Shown: positions 39,734-49,820, counted from the first letter of the stretch. The stretch: DNA of 64,000 nt from Nostoc sp. (GCA_036918135.1 JBALDB010000065.1:1-64000), one strand, 5' to 3'. The notes: generated by a model not told the origin, from the sequence alone. Program-made: numbers and translations.

Positions 39734-40474
39734 TTAAGAAGTAAGAACAGGAACAAATTCAAATTTTTCAATTTGTGATTTCAACCAAACAGTAAATAAG
39801 TCAGTAAGAATTTGACGAGCTAGCTTATTATCTAACTCTGGTTGAATAATTTCTTCAACTAATATTAAATGTATTCCCTTAGAAGTAACTATTGGCTTGA
39901 GAAGTTGAGGAGGTTTAGCAGCAAAGACAGCAGCAGAAATTTCTGGTTTCAATTCTTTACGATACAATTTACCCCGATAACCTAATTTTTGGCGTAATTC
40001 TTTGTCTTCAATGTAATTGTGAGCAACCTCATAAAAACTCATCTCACCTTCCTGGATGGCATAAAACAGTTCTAGAGACAAATCTTCATCATCTAAAACA
40101 ACTTCATAGATTAAGACTGTAGCATAATCTAATTGATGTTCAAAAAAATATTGTTCAACTTTATCCCCAAACAGATAAGCAGCTAATTTTCCGGAGATCA
40201 CAGTGTTATAGACTAATTCTTCAAAATTATCGAGAGATAGGCTATGTTTTTCTAACCACGCCCAAGTATCATCAGCATTATTGAGTTTTTGAGCTAGTCT
40301 TATTTGGTCTGCTGTTTGTTGAAGTTCTTCAGTTTCTACTTTTATACCTGCTTTCTCTACCGCATTTTTGATAACTTGAAGAGTAATAATGTCTTCAATT
40401 ATTTCAGGAATTTTACAGGATAATTTAACTTGATTAAGAATATCTTCAGTAGTAATAGTAATAGTTTGTGACAT
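39734..40474 (-). CDS. SurA/PpiC-like peptidylprolyl isomerase associated with the T1SS
   Basis: SFYEVAHNY, ELKPEISAAVF, PIVTSKGIHLILVE; paralogous to 37803..38603. Confidence 0.83.
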   Translation of the reverse strand: MSQTITITTEDILNQVKLSCKIPEIIEDIITLQVIKNAVEKAGIKVETEELQQTADQIRLAQKLNNADDTWAWLEKHSLSLDNFEELVYNTVISGKLAAYLFGDKVEQYFFEHQLDYATVLIYEVVLDDEDLSLELFYAIQEGEMSFYEVAHNYIEDKELRQKLGYRGKLYRKELKPEISAAVFAAKPPQLLKPIVTSKGIHLILVEEIIQPELDNKLARQILTDLFTVWLKSQIEKFEFVPVLTS

Positions 40475-40632
40475 AAGATTTTCCTCAATAAATAAAAAAA
40501 TTCAAATTTAACAAGAAAGAATAACTGATTGATTCTAAATTCTGTATTCTTCTTCAAATATTTCTTTGCTGTTATAGCTTTACTCAGCAAGAGACTAGAC
40601 GTGCAAGTGTAAAAGGCGCAATAATAATTTTT

Positions 40633-42159
40633 TTACAATTTCACACCTCCCTGCTGCAATTTCTTAAAGGGATCGAGTAGAAAATCAATAATTCGCCGCT
40701 GGCGTACAATCACCTCAGCTGTTGCTGTATCCCCAGGACGCAAGGCAATACATTTATTTGCAGAGGGAATACAATTCTGTTTTAGGGAAATATCCAAGTT
40801 ATAAGCTGCCACTTTTCCATTAGGAGTATCAATTTCTGTAGTAGTAGGGGAAATTTTAATTAACTCACCTGGTACAACTCCATAATCTTGAAATGGATAA
40901 GCATCAAATTTCAGTTTTACTGGTAATCCTGTCCGCAAAGAACCACTTTCTGTAGTTGCCATTTGTGCCCGAATGATTAAAGGCGAATTCAGAGAGGCAA
41001 TTTCTGCTACCATTGTCCCTGGCTGGACTACAGAACCAGCTTTTTCAATTGGCAAATGAAATAGTGTGCCACTACTGGTAGCTCTGATTTCTCGTTGTCC
41101 TAACTGAAATCTTAATGACAAAATTTGTCGTTTATTTTGAGCGATTTCTGATTGTAATGAAGTAATATCTGTTTCTAAACTTTTTTGTTGTTCTGCTATT
41201 TTTAGCACGGCTAGCTGATTAGAACGAGTTAAAGTTTCATAACTTCTTTGCTGTTCTTTTAGTCGCAATCTAGCTTGTTCGATATCTGCATTCGTTTGGC
41301 GAATACTCCGCTCGTAACTACTCTTTTGCTCTGCCAAAGTTAATTTAGCTTGTTCAATATCTGACTTACTTTGTTCGTATAATTTTTGTTTTTCTTTAGC
41401 TATGTCTTCCTTTTCTACAACATTAATTTCTGGAACAACTCCTTCTTGTTTTAGCTTGCTATAGCGTTCAACTTCTCGCTGAGTACTTATCAAACTACTC
41501 TCGACTATCTTACTACTAGTTCGACTATGTTCAAGAGTTTTATGTGCCTGATTAACTTGAGCTAATTTTTCTTCTTTTTGTAATTCATAAGCGTTCTTTA
41601 AAGTATCTAAATTCTGCTGTGCTTGGTCAATTTGTGTCTGCTTTTCTAATTGTTGAGATTGATTTTGTTGCTGTTGAGTTGCTAAAGATACAAATAATTG
41701 ATTTTTAGAGGCATTTAATTGAGCGAGTCGATTTAATTGTCCCTCTAATTTATCCTGTGCTTGCTGCAAATCTGCTTTGACTAATTCCGATTCTAATACC
41801 AATAGGGTTTGCCCTGCCTTTACTGTGTCACCTTCCTTAACTCGAATTTGGGCAACAGTTCCCGCCACAGCAGCATCGAGCTTAATTGTCTTTTCTTGAG
41901 GCTCAGTTTGTCCTCTAGCTGTACCAGTTTCATCGACCTTAAATAGCATTGCCCAAGGTAAGACTATAGACACAAATATAACTAAAAAATATAATAATCC
42001 TCTTGTCCAAACTTGGGGAAAGCTATCAAGTGATTCTTTGGTAATCTCAGACCAATCATCAGTTGATTTTGCCGGAATTTCTGGAGCTAGAGTTTCTTGC
42101 TCAAATATTTCTTCTGATACTAAGTTAGTCACTCGTCCATTCAATATAGTATCTGGCAT
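40633..42159 (-). CDS. HlyD-family periplasmic adaptor
   Basis: N-terminal TM, VKEGDTVKAGQTL, long coiled coil, KFDAYPFQDYG, LRPG.TATAEV. Confidence 0.92.
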   Translation of the reverse strand: MPDTILNGRVTNLVSEEIFEQETLAPEIPAKSTDDWSEITKESLDSFPQVWTRGLLYFLVIFVSIVLPWAMLFKVDETGTARGQTEPQEKTIKLDAAVAGTVAQIRVKEGDTVKAGQTLLVLESELVKADLQQAQDKLEGQLNRLAQLNASKNQLFVSLATQQQQNQSQQLEKQTQIDQAQQNLDTLKNAYELQKEEKLAQVNQAHKTLEHSRTSSKIVESSLISTQREVERYSKLKQEGVVPEINVVEKEDIAKEKQKLYEQSKSDIEQAKLTLAEQKSSYERSIRQTNADIEQARLRLKEQQRSYETLTRSNQLAVLKIAEQQKSLETDITSLQSEIAQNKRQILSLRFQLGQREIRATSSGTLFHLPIEKAGSVVQPGTMVAEIASLNSPLIIRAQMATTESGSLRTGLPVKLKFDAYPFQDYGVVPGELIKISPTTTEIDTPNGKVAAYNLDISLKQNCIPSANKCIALRPGDTATAEVIVRQRRIIDFLLDPFKKLQQGGVKL

Positions 42160-42233
42160 AATTGTTCTTGATACAGATTTTAAAAGGTGGATAATATATT
42201 AACCATTAATTATAATTTTTAGATTTTCATAGT

Positions 42234-44957
42234 TTACACTGCTACTTGTAACTGTTGTTGATTGAGATAGAAATAATGTCCTCGCTTCGCCATCAATTCT
42301 TCATGATTTCCACTCTCAATTAATACACCCTTGTCTAGTACCAAAATCAAATCGGCATTTCGGATCGTAGAAAGACGATGGGCAATTACTAAAGTGGTTC
42401 TTCCCCGAAGAATTGTGTTGAAATTTTGTTGGATAATTCTCTCGGATTCGGTATCTAGATGGGAAGTTGCTTCATCTAAAACTAATAATTGAGGATTACC
42501 TAATAAAGCTCTAGCAATAGCTATCCTTTGTCTTTGTCCGCCAGATAATAATCCCCCACCTTCACCAATTTGGGTTTCATACCCCATCGGTAATTTTTTA
42601 ATAAATTCATCAGCACCCGCTAGTTTTGCTGCTTGAATTACCTCTTCTAAAGCTGCCCCAGGATGTCCTAAGCTAATATTTTCTCGAATTGTGCCGCCAA
42701 ACAAAAAGGTATCTTGATCGACTACCCCAACTTGCTGGCGTAAGGAACTTAAGGAAATGCTGGTAATATCTTGTCCATCAATCAAAATTTTGCCATCTGT
42801 GGCAGGATACAACCCTAAAACCAATTTAGAAATAGTAGTTTTCCCAGAACCACTACGTCCCACCAGTGCCACCATTTGCCCTGGTTTAACTTCAAAACAG
42901 AGATTTTCTAAAATATTCATCTCACTTTCTGGATGATAGCGAAAGGTCACTTTTTCAAAGCGAATATTACCTTGAATTTTTGGTAAATTTTGCCGTGGTT
43001 GGTGATGTAAATCTTCTTCTGGTTCTGCATCTAATACATCATTAATACGTTCCATCGCTATCACGACTTCTTGGAATTGATTCCATAATACAGTTAAGCG
43101 TTGAAAGGGCGTAATAATATTGCCTAGCAACATATTAAATGCCACTAGTTGTCCAATAGTTAATTGGTCGTGTATTACTTGGTATGCGCCGAACCATAGC
43201 AAAGCAGTGGTAATCAGTGCTTGAATTGTGTTACTGAAGATTTGCAGACGATTGCTAATAACTTGTCCAGAAAAATTAGTTTTTACTTCTTTATTTAATA
43301 ATTCCTCCCAATGCCAACGCACTGTTTGTTCCACTGCTGTAGCTTTGACTGTCCGCACACCAGTTAGGGCTTCAATTAGGTAACTACCTTCTTTGGCAAC
43401 ACCATTAAATATTTCTCTAGAAATTCTTTGTAAAAAAGGTGTGGCAATCAACGCCAGCAAGGCAAAAGGCGGGATAATTAATAATATTAGTAGTGCCATT
43501 TTCCAGCTATACCAAAACATTAATCCCACATAAATAAAGACGGTGAGTAAATCTAGGAGGATAGATAATGCTTCACCAGAAAGGAAGCGTTGAATTTTGC
43601 GATTTTCTTGAACGCGAGAGATAATATCTCCAACATAACGCGACTCAAAGAAACTCAAAGGTAGCCGTAGGGTATGGCGAATAAATCCGACAATTAGTGC
43701 CAAGTCTATGCGATTGGCTGTGTGGTCTAGGAGATATTGCCGCAACCCTGTCATCGCTACCCGAAACAGGTTAAACAGCAGCAACCCTATGCCTACGGCT
43801 GTCAAGGTGAGTTCCGATCGCTGCACTACTACCCGGTCTAAAATTAACTGGGTGAATAAGGGGGTCACAAGTCCAAATATCTGGATAAATACTGAAGCAA
43901 TAAATACTTCCAGCATCACTAAAGCGTGAGGCTTCATCAACTCAAAGAATTGCCAAAAGGGTGTAGAACTCTCTTGAGTCTCTTTAAGCATGGCTGTCGG
44001 TTGCAGCAGCAATGCATAACCAGTCCAATTAGCTTTAAATTCGGGGTGGCTAAGGGTGCGTTGACCGATCGCCGGGTCGGCTACAATTACATATTTAGGG
44101 GTAACCTCGTAGACAACAATGTAATGCTTGCCTTCCCAATGTGCAATGGCTGGCAAGCTTTGTTTTGCCAATTGCTTCAAACCAGCTTTTACAGGTCGTG
44201 TGGCAAAGCCGAGACTTTCGGCTGCTGTCAATAATCCCCGCAAAGATGCGCCATTACGGTCTACATTGGCAATATCCCGTAAGCGATTGACACTAAAGCG
44301 TTTCCCCCAATAGCGAGACACCATTACTAAACAAGCTGCACCGCAGTCTGATGCACTCTGTTGAGCAAAAAACGGATAGCGCCGCGTCACTCGTTGCCAT
44401 AAATGCCCAACTTGCTGAGTGGGATTGGGAAAATAGGCTTTGCTTATCTTCTTCCCACGCGGCAAATCCGCTGGCTGTAACGAAATATCTGTTTGATAAA
44501 CCGTACTTGACTCAACTGCGTTCGCAGCAGAGTTAGCTGATTCTTCTTGGGGAGTCAGGGCTATTGCCCTAGCCCACAAATTTTCCCGAATTTGAGGATA
44601 TTTAGCCATCAATGAGGACAACACCTGACTCGGAATAAAGCATAGTTGCAAATTTACCGAAGCCCTAGCACTATAGGGCGGAAATTTGGCATCTGGGAAC
44701 AAGGTACATTCCCCAAATGAGTGTCCCGTCTCTACAGTAGCGATTAACTCATCGGCACTATCGAGCAATCTTACCTTGCCAGCGATCGCAATATATATAC
44801 CTGGTTCAGCATCAGTTGCTTGCCAAAACTTACCGACTTTGGGATTACTTTCTTTAAATTGTGGAAAATATTGTTGATATTCCTCTGTTGGAATAGAATA
44901 CCCCAGGATATTGTTGAGCTGTTGGAGAGACAACTGATTCGATAGATTGTGTACCAT
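42234..44957 (-). CDS. peptidase C39-domain ABC transporter (PCAT) with N-terminal cNMP-binding-like domain (start probably ATG 44957)
   Basis: QQSASDCGAAC (catalytic Cys), HWEGKHY (His), ADPA; GRSGSGKT, LSGGQRQR, LDEATS. Confidence 0.93.
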   Translation of the reverse strand: MVHNLSNQLSLQQLNNILGYSIPTEEYQQYFPQFKESNPKVGKFWQATDAEPGIYIAIAGKVRLLDSADELIATVETGHSFGECTLFPDAKFPPYSARASVNLQLCFIPSQVLSSLMAKYPQIRENLWARAIALTPQEESANSAANAVESSTVYQTDISLQPADLPRGKKISKAYFPNPTQQVGHLWQRVTRRYPFFAQQSASDCGAACLVMVSRYWGKRFSVNRLRDIANVDRNGASLRGLLTAAESLGFATRPVKAGLKQLAKQSLPAIAHWEGKHYIVVYEVTPKYVIVADPAIGQRTLSHPEFKANWTGYALLLQPTAMLKETQESSTPFWQFFELMKPHALVMLEVFIASVFIQIFGLVTPLFTQLILDRVVVQRSELTLTAVGIGLLLFNLFRVAMTGLRQYLLDHTANRIDLALIVGFIRHTLRLPLSFFESRYVGDIISRVQENRKIQRFLSGEALSILLDLLTVFIYVGLMFWYSWKMALLILLIIPPFALLALIATPFLQRISREIFNGVAKEGSYLIEALTGVRTVKATAVEQTVRWHWEELLNKEVKTNFSGQVISNRLQIFSNTIQALITTALLWFGAYQVIHDQLTIGQLVAFNMLLGNIITPFQRLTVLWNQFQEVVIAMERINDVLDAEPEEDLHHQPRQNLPKIQGNIRFEKVTFRYHPESEMNILENLCFEVKPGQMVALVGRSGSGKTTISKLVLGLYPATDGKILIDGQDITSISLSSLRQQVGVVDQDTFLFGGTIRENISLGHPGAALEEVIQAAKLAGADEFIKKLPMGYETQIGEGGGLLSGGQRQRIAIARALLGNPQLLVLDEATSHLDTESERIIQQNFNTILRGRTTLVIAHRLSTIRNADLILVLDKGVLIESGNHEELMAKRGHYFYLNQQQLQVAV

Positions 44958-45570
44958 AAATCTCTGATTTGGTGAAGTTTGTGAAGTTAATAGGTAATAA
45001 TTCCGAATTATCCGGAATATTTGCCGATTTAAGGTCACTAATCAATATTTTGGAACTCGTAGCCTGTTCATTACTATTTGCTTGAGGATTGTTAGCTTTT
45101 GGTCGTGTAGATAATCCCATCTGTTTGAGTAGTCGCTTGAGATGGCGATCGCTTACCTCAACTCCAAATTCTTTTGCCAGGTGTTTCCCTAACCAATTTG
45201 CTGTCCACCGCCGAAAAGAATAGCCATGATCGCGGGGACTACTATTAACCAATTCTTTTAAACGTTCCAAATACTCGTCATTCACTGCCTTGGGACGACC
45301 AATAGGACAATCTTGCCATTGATGCGCCATCCCCATCTTGGCTATGTGCGTCCAATGCCTTGCTGTTGCTGGACAACACCCTAAAATTTGACAAATCTGG
45401 GTTTGAGTTTTTCCCTCATCTGCCAACAACATGATTTCAATACGTTGTTGGTAAGACTCCGGTAAACTTTTCTCTAAATTTACTAACAGTAATTTTCGTT
45501 GGAATGATGTTAAATATTTACTGCTAGTTTCATTTGTATATTTTTCAAGTTTCGTTTCACAGTCAGACAT
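44854..45570 (-). CDS. helix-turn-helix protein resembling the DNA-binding N-terminus of IS630 transposases, without a DDE domain
   Basis: ADEGKTQTQICQILGCCPATARHW, GRP, RWTANWL..HL..EFGVEVS..HLKRLLKQMGLS. Confidence 0.75.
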   Translation of the reverse strand: MSDCETKLEKYTNETSSKYLTSFQRKLLLVNLEKSLPESYQQRIEIMLLADEGKTQTQICQILGCCPATARHWTHIAKMGMAHQWQDCPIGRPKAVNDEYLERLKELVNSSPRDHGYSFRRWTANWLGKHLAKEFGVEVSDRHLKRLLKQMGLSTRPKANNPQANSNEQATSSKILISDLKSANIPDNSELLPINFTNFTKSEIYGTQSIESVVSPTAQQYPGVFYSNRGISTIFSTI

Positions 45571-46058
45571 ATACGTAAAATCACTCGGTTTATAGACACA
45601 CGAATACCTTATGCTTGATGCATATCTTGGCAGTCAAGAAAAATTACGAAAGGTGATTTACCTTCTATTTGTAATACTTATCACTGTTTTTTTTTCTTTT
45701 ATGCAAGAAATTTAATATAATTCAGTGATATTTATGACAACAAAGTTTGGTTGTTGCTTTTTAAAGGCTAGATTAAGCTACAAATCATATTTATAAATTC
45801 CGAAAATAGCCGCTCAACTTTAATAAACTTTTTGTAAAGATAAATAAAATTCTGGTGAACAAAGAAAAAAGGAGTTGTGGCGGGATTGCTTGTTAGCACG
45901 GATGAAAATCCCTTTGAGAGCAGTTTTCAATCCAATACTCAAACAGTCGCTTTTAATTTTCTTGAGGAATGCCAATTCCCCTGTCTTGAACTCCCAAAAC
46001 TAGCGCTTTTTTTTGCCTAATTATTTCAAAGCGCACCATACCGCCGATAATAAATACT

Positions 46059-46256
46059 TAAGTAGGTCGGCGTAAATATTTATAGTTGGAATTGGGCAGG
46101 AGATAGGTGGTCACTGAGCGTAGTCCTTGGCGCAGCCTCTCGTAGAGAAGTGAGGCAGTGTTTCGACTAAGCTCAACAACCAGGCGTGAGGGAAGAGGGT
46201 TTAAGCCTATTTAATTTTTCTTAACATAGTTTTATTTTTTTATACCGTTCTGCTTA
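46059..46256. mobile_element. degenerate MITE-like element with a nested small dispersed repeat
   Basis: TAAGTAGGTCGGCGTAAA ... TTTATACCGTTCTGCTTA imperfect TIRs; internal 46127-46151 matches 1963-1987 inverted (24/25). Confidence 0.55.
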
Positions 46257-46356
46257 ATAGCATTGTTAAGTAAATTGGCCAAAATGTGCTGCAACAAACT
46301 TTCATCTCATAGTTATTCGCTTAATTGCTCAAAACTAGATTTAAGGCTGTTTATAC

Positions 46357-46400
46357 CTCGGTGATTTGATATGCAGGCGATCGCATTTCAAATCACCGAG
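46357..46400. terminator. long inverted repeat with HIP1 at the apex, downstream of the DUF4058 gene
   Basis: CTCGGTGATTTGATATGC ... GCATTTCAAATCACCGAG. Confidence 0.55.
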
Positions 46401-46494
46401 TATGCCAACACGTTATCAATCAATGTCTATAAAAATGACTAAGAACAGCCTTCTCCTAACAAAAACGCTGCACAAACATTAGTCACAGTGTAAT

Positions 46495-47292
46495 TTAAAT
46501 ATGTAACAGTTTAGTCCTTAACCCTTTTTCACGTAAAAGTGTATCAGACCATAGGGCATCTTCTGGTTTTAAGGCTGGTATTGGTTCTTGATTATAATCA
46601 ATCGCTAAATAATATCTGGCACGATTATATATACCATTAAATAAAAATTGCAAATCTAAAATTGGTTCTTTATCTTCTGACTGCAAAGGTAATGGAAATA
46701 CAGGAATTGCTTCTCTGATACTAAAACCGTATAATTTAGCCTGAGGACGTGTAATACTTCTACTAACAATAATTTGATAATCTGTCACCGCAAATTCTCC
46801 TAAAACTAACATTGGTTTTCCACTTCTAAGAAAATCAATTTCAACCAAGTTAGAAAGACTAGCTAAAACTTGTTTGCGTTTGAGTTCATAGGCTTTTCTC
46901 CCTTCACCAGGACGTTTATTTTTAGGAGATAAAACTTCGATGCAAGTAACTACAAAACCTGTAGAAACTTCTCTAATTTCTAAATAATTTTCTGTAATAT
47001 GTTCTGGTAATGGTATCATAACTGTAACACCATCTGAAATTGATGTTTCGCTAGTAGCTGCTGAATCTTGCTGAGATGATTGTTTAGTAAAAACGGAAAC
47101 ATCAGGTATACCAACTAGTACAGAATCGGATTCATCACTTAAATAAGTACGTTGTTCAATTGCAACTCGATATTCTGGCGGAATATTTTCTTCAATACTA
47201 TCTGCTATGGCTGTAATCAATCGATGATGCACTTCTGCCCAAAACACAGGATTTTCTAAATAAGGATTCATTCCGGGAAACGGAGAATTCAT
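46495..47292 (-). CDS. DUF4058 family protein (PD-(D/E)xK-like)
   Basis: MNSPFPGMNPYLE, IPDV, IEVLSPKNK, LVEIDFLR. Confidence 0.85.
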   Translation of the reverse strand: MNSPFPGMNPYLENPVFWAEVHHRLITAIADSIEENIPPEYRVAIEQRTYLSDESDSVLVGIPDVSVFTKQSSQQDSAATSETSISDGVTVMIPLPEHITENYLEIREVSTGFVVTCIEVLSPKNKRPGEGRKAYELKRKQVLASLSNLVEIDFLRSGKPMLVLGEFAVTDYQIIVSRSITRPQAKLYGFSIREAIPVFPLPLQSEDKEPILDLQFLFNGIYNRARYYLAIDYNQEPIPALKPEDALWSDTLLREKGLRTKLLHI

Positions 47293-47371
47293 AGCTTTAC
47301 TCTGGTGAATTAGGAATTGGGAAGTGGGGTAATTTTAAAAAAGTTAGTATTTAGTAACTATTTCAATTAAG

Positions 47372-48919
47372 CTAAATCCAAGAGTTAAACCACATCCGCA
47401 GTTTATAATCGTGAGGGGAGAGGGGTAAACCTAAATAAACGGGCATCCAGAAAATAAAAGCAACTAAGATGATAAAAGTGATGGTGACACCTAAAGCCCG
47501 GAGTTGTTGATAATAACTGCGAAGACACTGGTCAACAAACCAAGCGATCGCTATAAATACAAATATCACTGCACACATGTAATGGTAGATAAAAACGCAT
47601 CTTGTCACCTTTACCCAAGGTAATAGATTAGCGGCATAATTGATGGTTATATACAAAGCAATCCAAGTATCAACACCAATGGTTGCAGGTATAGAAAAAC
47701 GCTTTTCCTTCACGCAAGGAATCACAACTTGCGACACTAACATCCCAACTAAAAACAACATGGCAGCCATACCAAACCACCATAAAAATGGATTGCCCAT
47801 TGCATGAACATCATAAATAACTTGTCCAGCACCAGCAGGTAAAGGCGGCCCCATAACAGGTATTGGTTCGTTGATACTTTCAGCCGTTTGATAATAATAT
47901 GCCATCGGTCGAGTCATCAAAGGCCATTTGTACCAAGCAGCACAATAAGGATGCACGTCCGAACTATTACCACCTAAATGCAAGTGAAACTTCAAAATTT
48001 GCTGATGTACTGCGATAAATCCGTATCTTTTATCTAATTGAAGGTGAGGAATCCAGATAATACTATAGATAAAAGCTGGAATTATTCCCAGAAAAAAGAA
48101 CATCTGGAAAACATTTAATTGAGTTAGGTTTTGTAATGGTGTCTGGGATGAGGAGATGGGGAGATCGGGAGATGACGAAAAATAAGTATTAACTCCTACC
48201 TTCTGTGGTAGAGTTGCACTCTCCTGCTCCTCTGTCTTCCTCTTTGAGGAAGATTTAAAAAGAAGTTTTGGGTTAGGGAAAGAATGCATTCCCTGAATTA
48301 ACCATGCTGTTATCCAAATGAGATAAGCACCTAAAAGAAACCATAAACCATTCCATTTAGTAGCAACTGAGGCACCAAAATTAATGCCAGCAAGAACTAA
48401 CCAAAATGAACGTCGGCGATTTTGGTTATCCAATGCTAATAATAAAAACCACTGTCCTAATAAACCAAAGATAACAATATAAATATTACTTAAAGCATAG
48501 CGAGATTCAACAAGAAATAAGCCATCACAAGCTGTGAACAAACCTGCAAGTAAAGCAAAGCTGTGACGATAACTTAATTGATAAGCGATCGCAGCCACAA
48601 CTACAGGAACAAATGAGCCAGTCAGCGCATTGAACCAACGATAAGTCCAAGGCGATCGCATTGAACCCGTCAGCCCATTTACCGTATCGTGCCAAAAAGG
48701 AATGTGACTGCCAATCCAAATGCCGATACCAATCATATATTGACTCAGCGGTGGATGAGCATTAAAAAATGGCGTATGCGTCAGATAATTATTACCAAAT
48801 TTGGCAAAATAAACTTCATCAAATACCAAGGTGTTGAATCGCTCCAGTCCCCAAAACCGTAAGGCAAGTGAGAAGATAAATATACCGGCTATTCCAATTC
48901 GGAACCATTTTTTAGTCAT
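47372..48919 (-). CDS. phospholipid-carrier-dependent glycosyltransferase (PMT / GT39-like)
   Basis: LVFDEVYF, HPPL, ATKWNG, HPYC..WY.WP, MGNPFLWW, FIYHY. Confidence 0.88.
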   Translation of the reverse strand: MTKKWFRIGIAGIFIFSLALRFWGLERFNTLVFDEVYFAKFGNNYLTHTPFFNAHPPLSQYMIGIGIWIGSHIPFWHDTVNGLTGSMRSPWTYRWFNALTGSFVPVVVAAIAYQLSYRHSFALLAGLFTACDGLFLVESRYALSNIYIVIFGLLGQWFLLLALDNQNRRRSFWLVLAGINFGASVATKWNGLWFLLGAYLIWITAWLIQGMHSFPNPKLLFKSSSKRKTEEQESATLPQKVGVNTYFSSSPDLPISSSQTPLQNLTQLNVFQMFFFLGIIPAFIYSIIWIPHLQLDKRYGFIAVHQQILKFHLHLGGNSSDVHPYCAAWYKWPLMTRPMAYYYQTAESINEPIPVMGPPLPAGAGQVIYDVHAMGNPFLWWFGMAAMLFLVGMLVSQVVIPCVKEKRFSIPATIGVDTWIALYITINYAANLLPWVKVTRCVFIYHYMCAVIFVFIAIAWFVDQCLRSYYQQLRALGVTITFIILVAFIFWMPVYLGLPLSPHDYKLRMWFNSWI

Positions 48920-48946
48920 TTGTCATTTGTCATTTGTCATTGATCA

Positions 48947-49540
48947 TTAGTCATTAGTCATTGTCTCCCCATCTCCCATTACCCCATCTCTCCACTCCCT
49001 ACCTTCAGATGCATTCTGTTCAAATAGGAGCAATTCAATACCGTAATACTTCTTTGTCTGCCCCACTGGCTTCATACCTAGTCTTTGAGTCACACGGATT
49101 GAGGCATGATTTTCTGGCTTGACTACTGCATAAATCACTGGCAAATTCAATACATTAAATCCGTAGTCGAGCATACCTCGTCCTGCTTCGGTTGCATACC
49201 CTTTACCCCAAGATGCTTGCCGCAAGTGCCAGCCGACTTCATAATCTTGAGTGGGTAAGCCGTCTTTGTCGGGCAGTTGTTTGAGAAGAATAGTTCCGAC
49301 AATTGTTGTGGTTTCCTTTTCGATCATTGCCCAAGATCCGGTACCATTGTTGCGTCGGCGCGATCGCTCGATGTTTTCCTCCAAGCGCTGACGCTGTGAC
49401 TCAATACTCGTCACACGAGAACCATTACCAAGAAAATAGGTAACTTTGGGGTCACTGTAAATATCAAACGCTTGTTCGGCATCGCGTTCGGGTATCCAAG
49501 TGCGAATTGTTAAGCGATCGGTTTCTAATAGGTTTGTCAT
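48947..49540 (-). CDS. GNAT N-acetyltransferase (RimJ/RimL-like)
   Basis: LETDRL.IR, EVGW, WGKGYATEA, NHASIRV..RLGM. Confidence 0.88.
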   Translation of the reverse strand: MTNLLETDRLTIRTWIPERDAEQAFDIYSDPKVTYFLGNGSRVTSIESQRQRLEENIERSRRRNNGTGSWAMIEKETTTIVGTILLKQLPDKDGLPTQDYEVGWHLRQASWGKGYATEAGRGMLDYGFNVLNLPVIYAVVKPENHASIRVTQRLGMKPVGQTKKYYGIELLLFEQNASEGREWRDGVMGDGETMTND

Positions 49541-49581
49541 TTTACCTTTGACTAAACAAAGTTGCTATTTTGCCAGATAAT

Positions 49582-49740
49582 TAAGAGGATGTTTGAAAAG
49601 TAGTGGCTGAGGTAGCTAAAACTTTAGATGCCCCCTACCCCTCTGCTTGAAAAGGAAAACTTAAAAAAGGTTATTTTTCTATTTTTAAGGCTTGTTCGGG
49701 GGGTTATCGATACAACAATAAACTTTACAAACATCCTTTA
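49582..49740. mobile_element. MITE-like element, degenerate relative of 15028-15185
   Basis: GAGGATGTTTGAAAAGT ... ACTTTACAAACATCCTT TIRs, with similar length and internal layout. Confidence 0.7.
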
Positions 49741-49820
49741 AGATAGTTATGGTTGAGCAGTCAAAAGCAATAGACACAATTACACAAACATAATACATTA
49801 TTGCTGGTTATTGGATTTGG

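Noticed and set aside
44854..45570. Active IS630 element
   Set aside because: No DDE domain or terminal inverted repeats seen.
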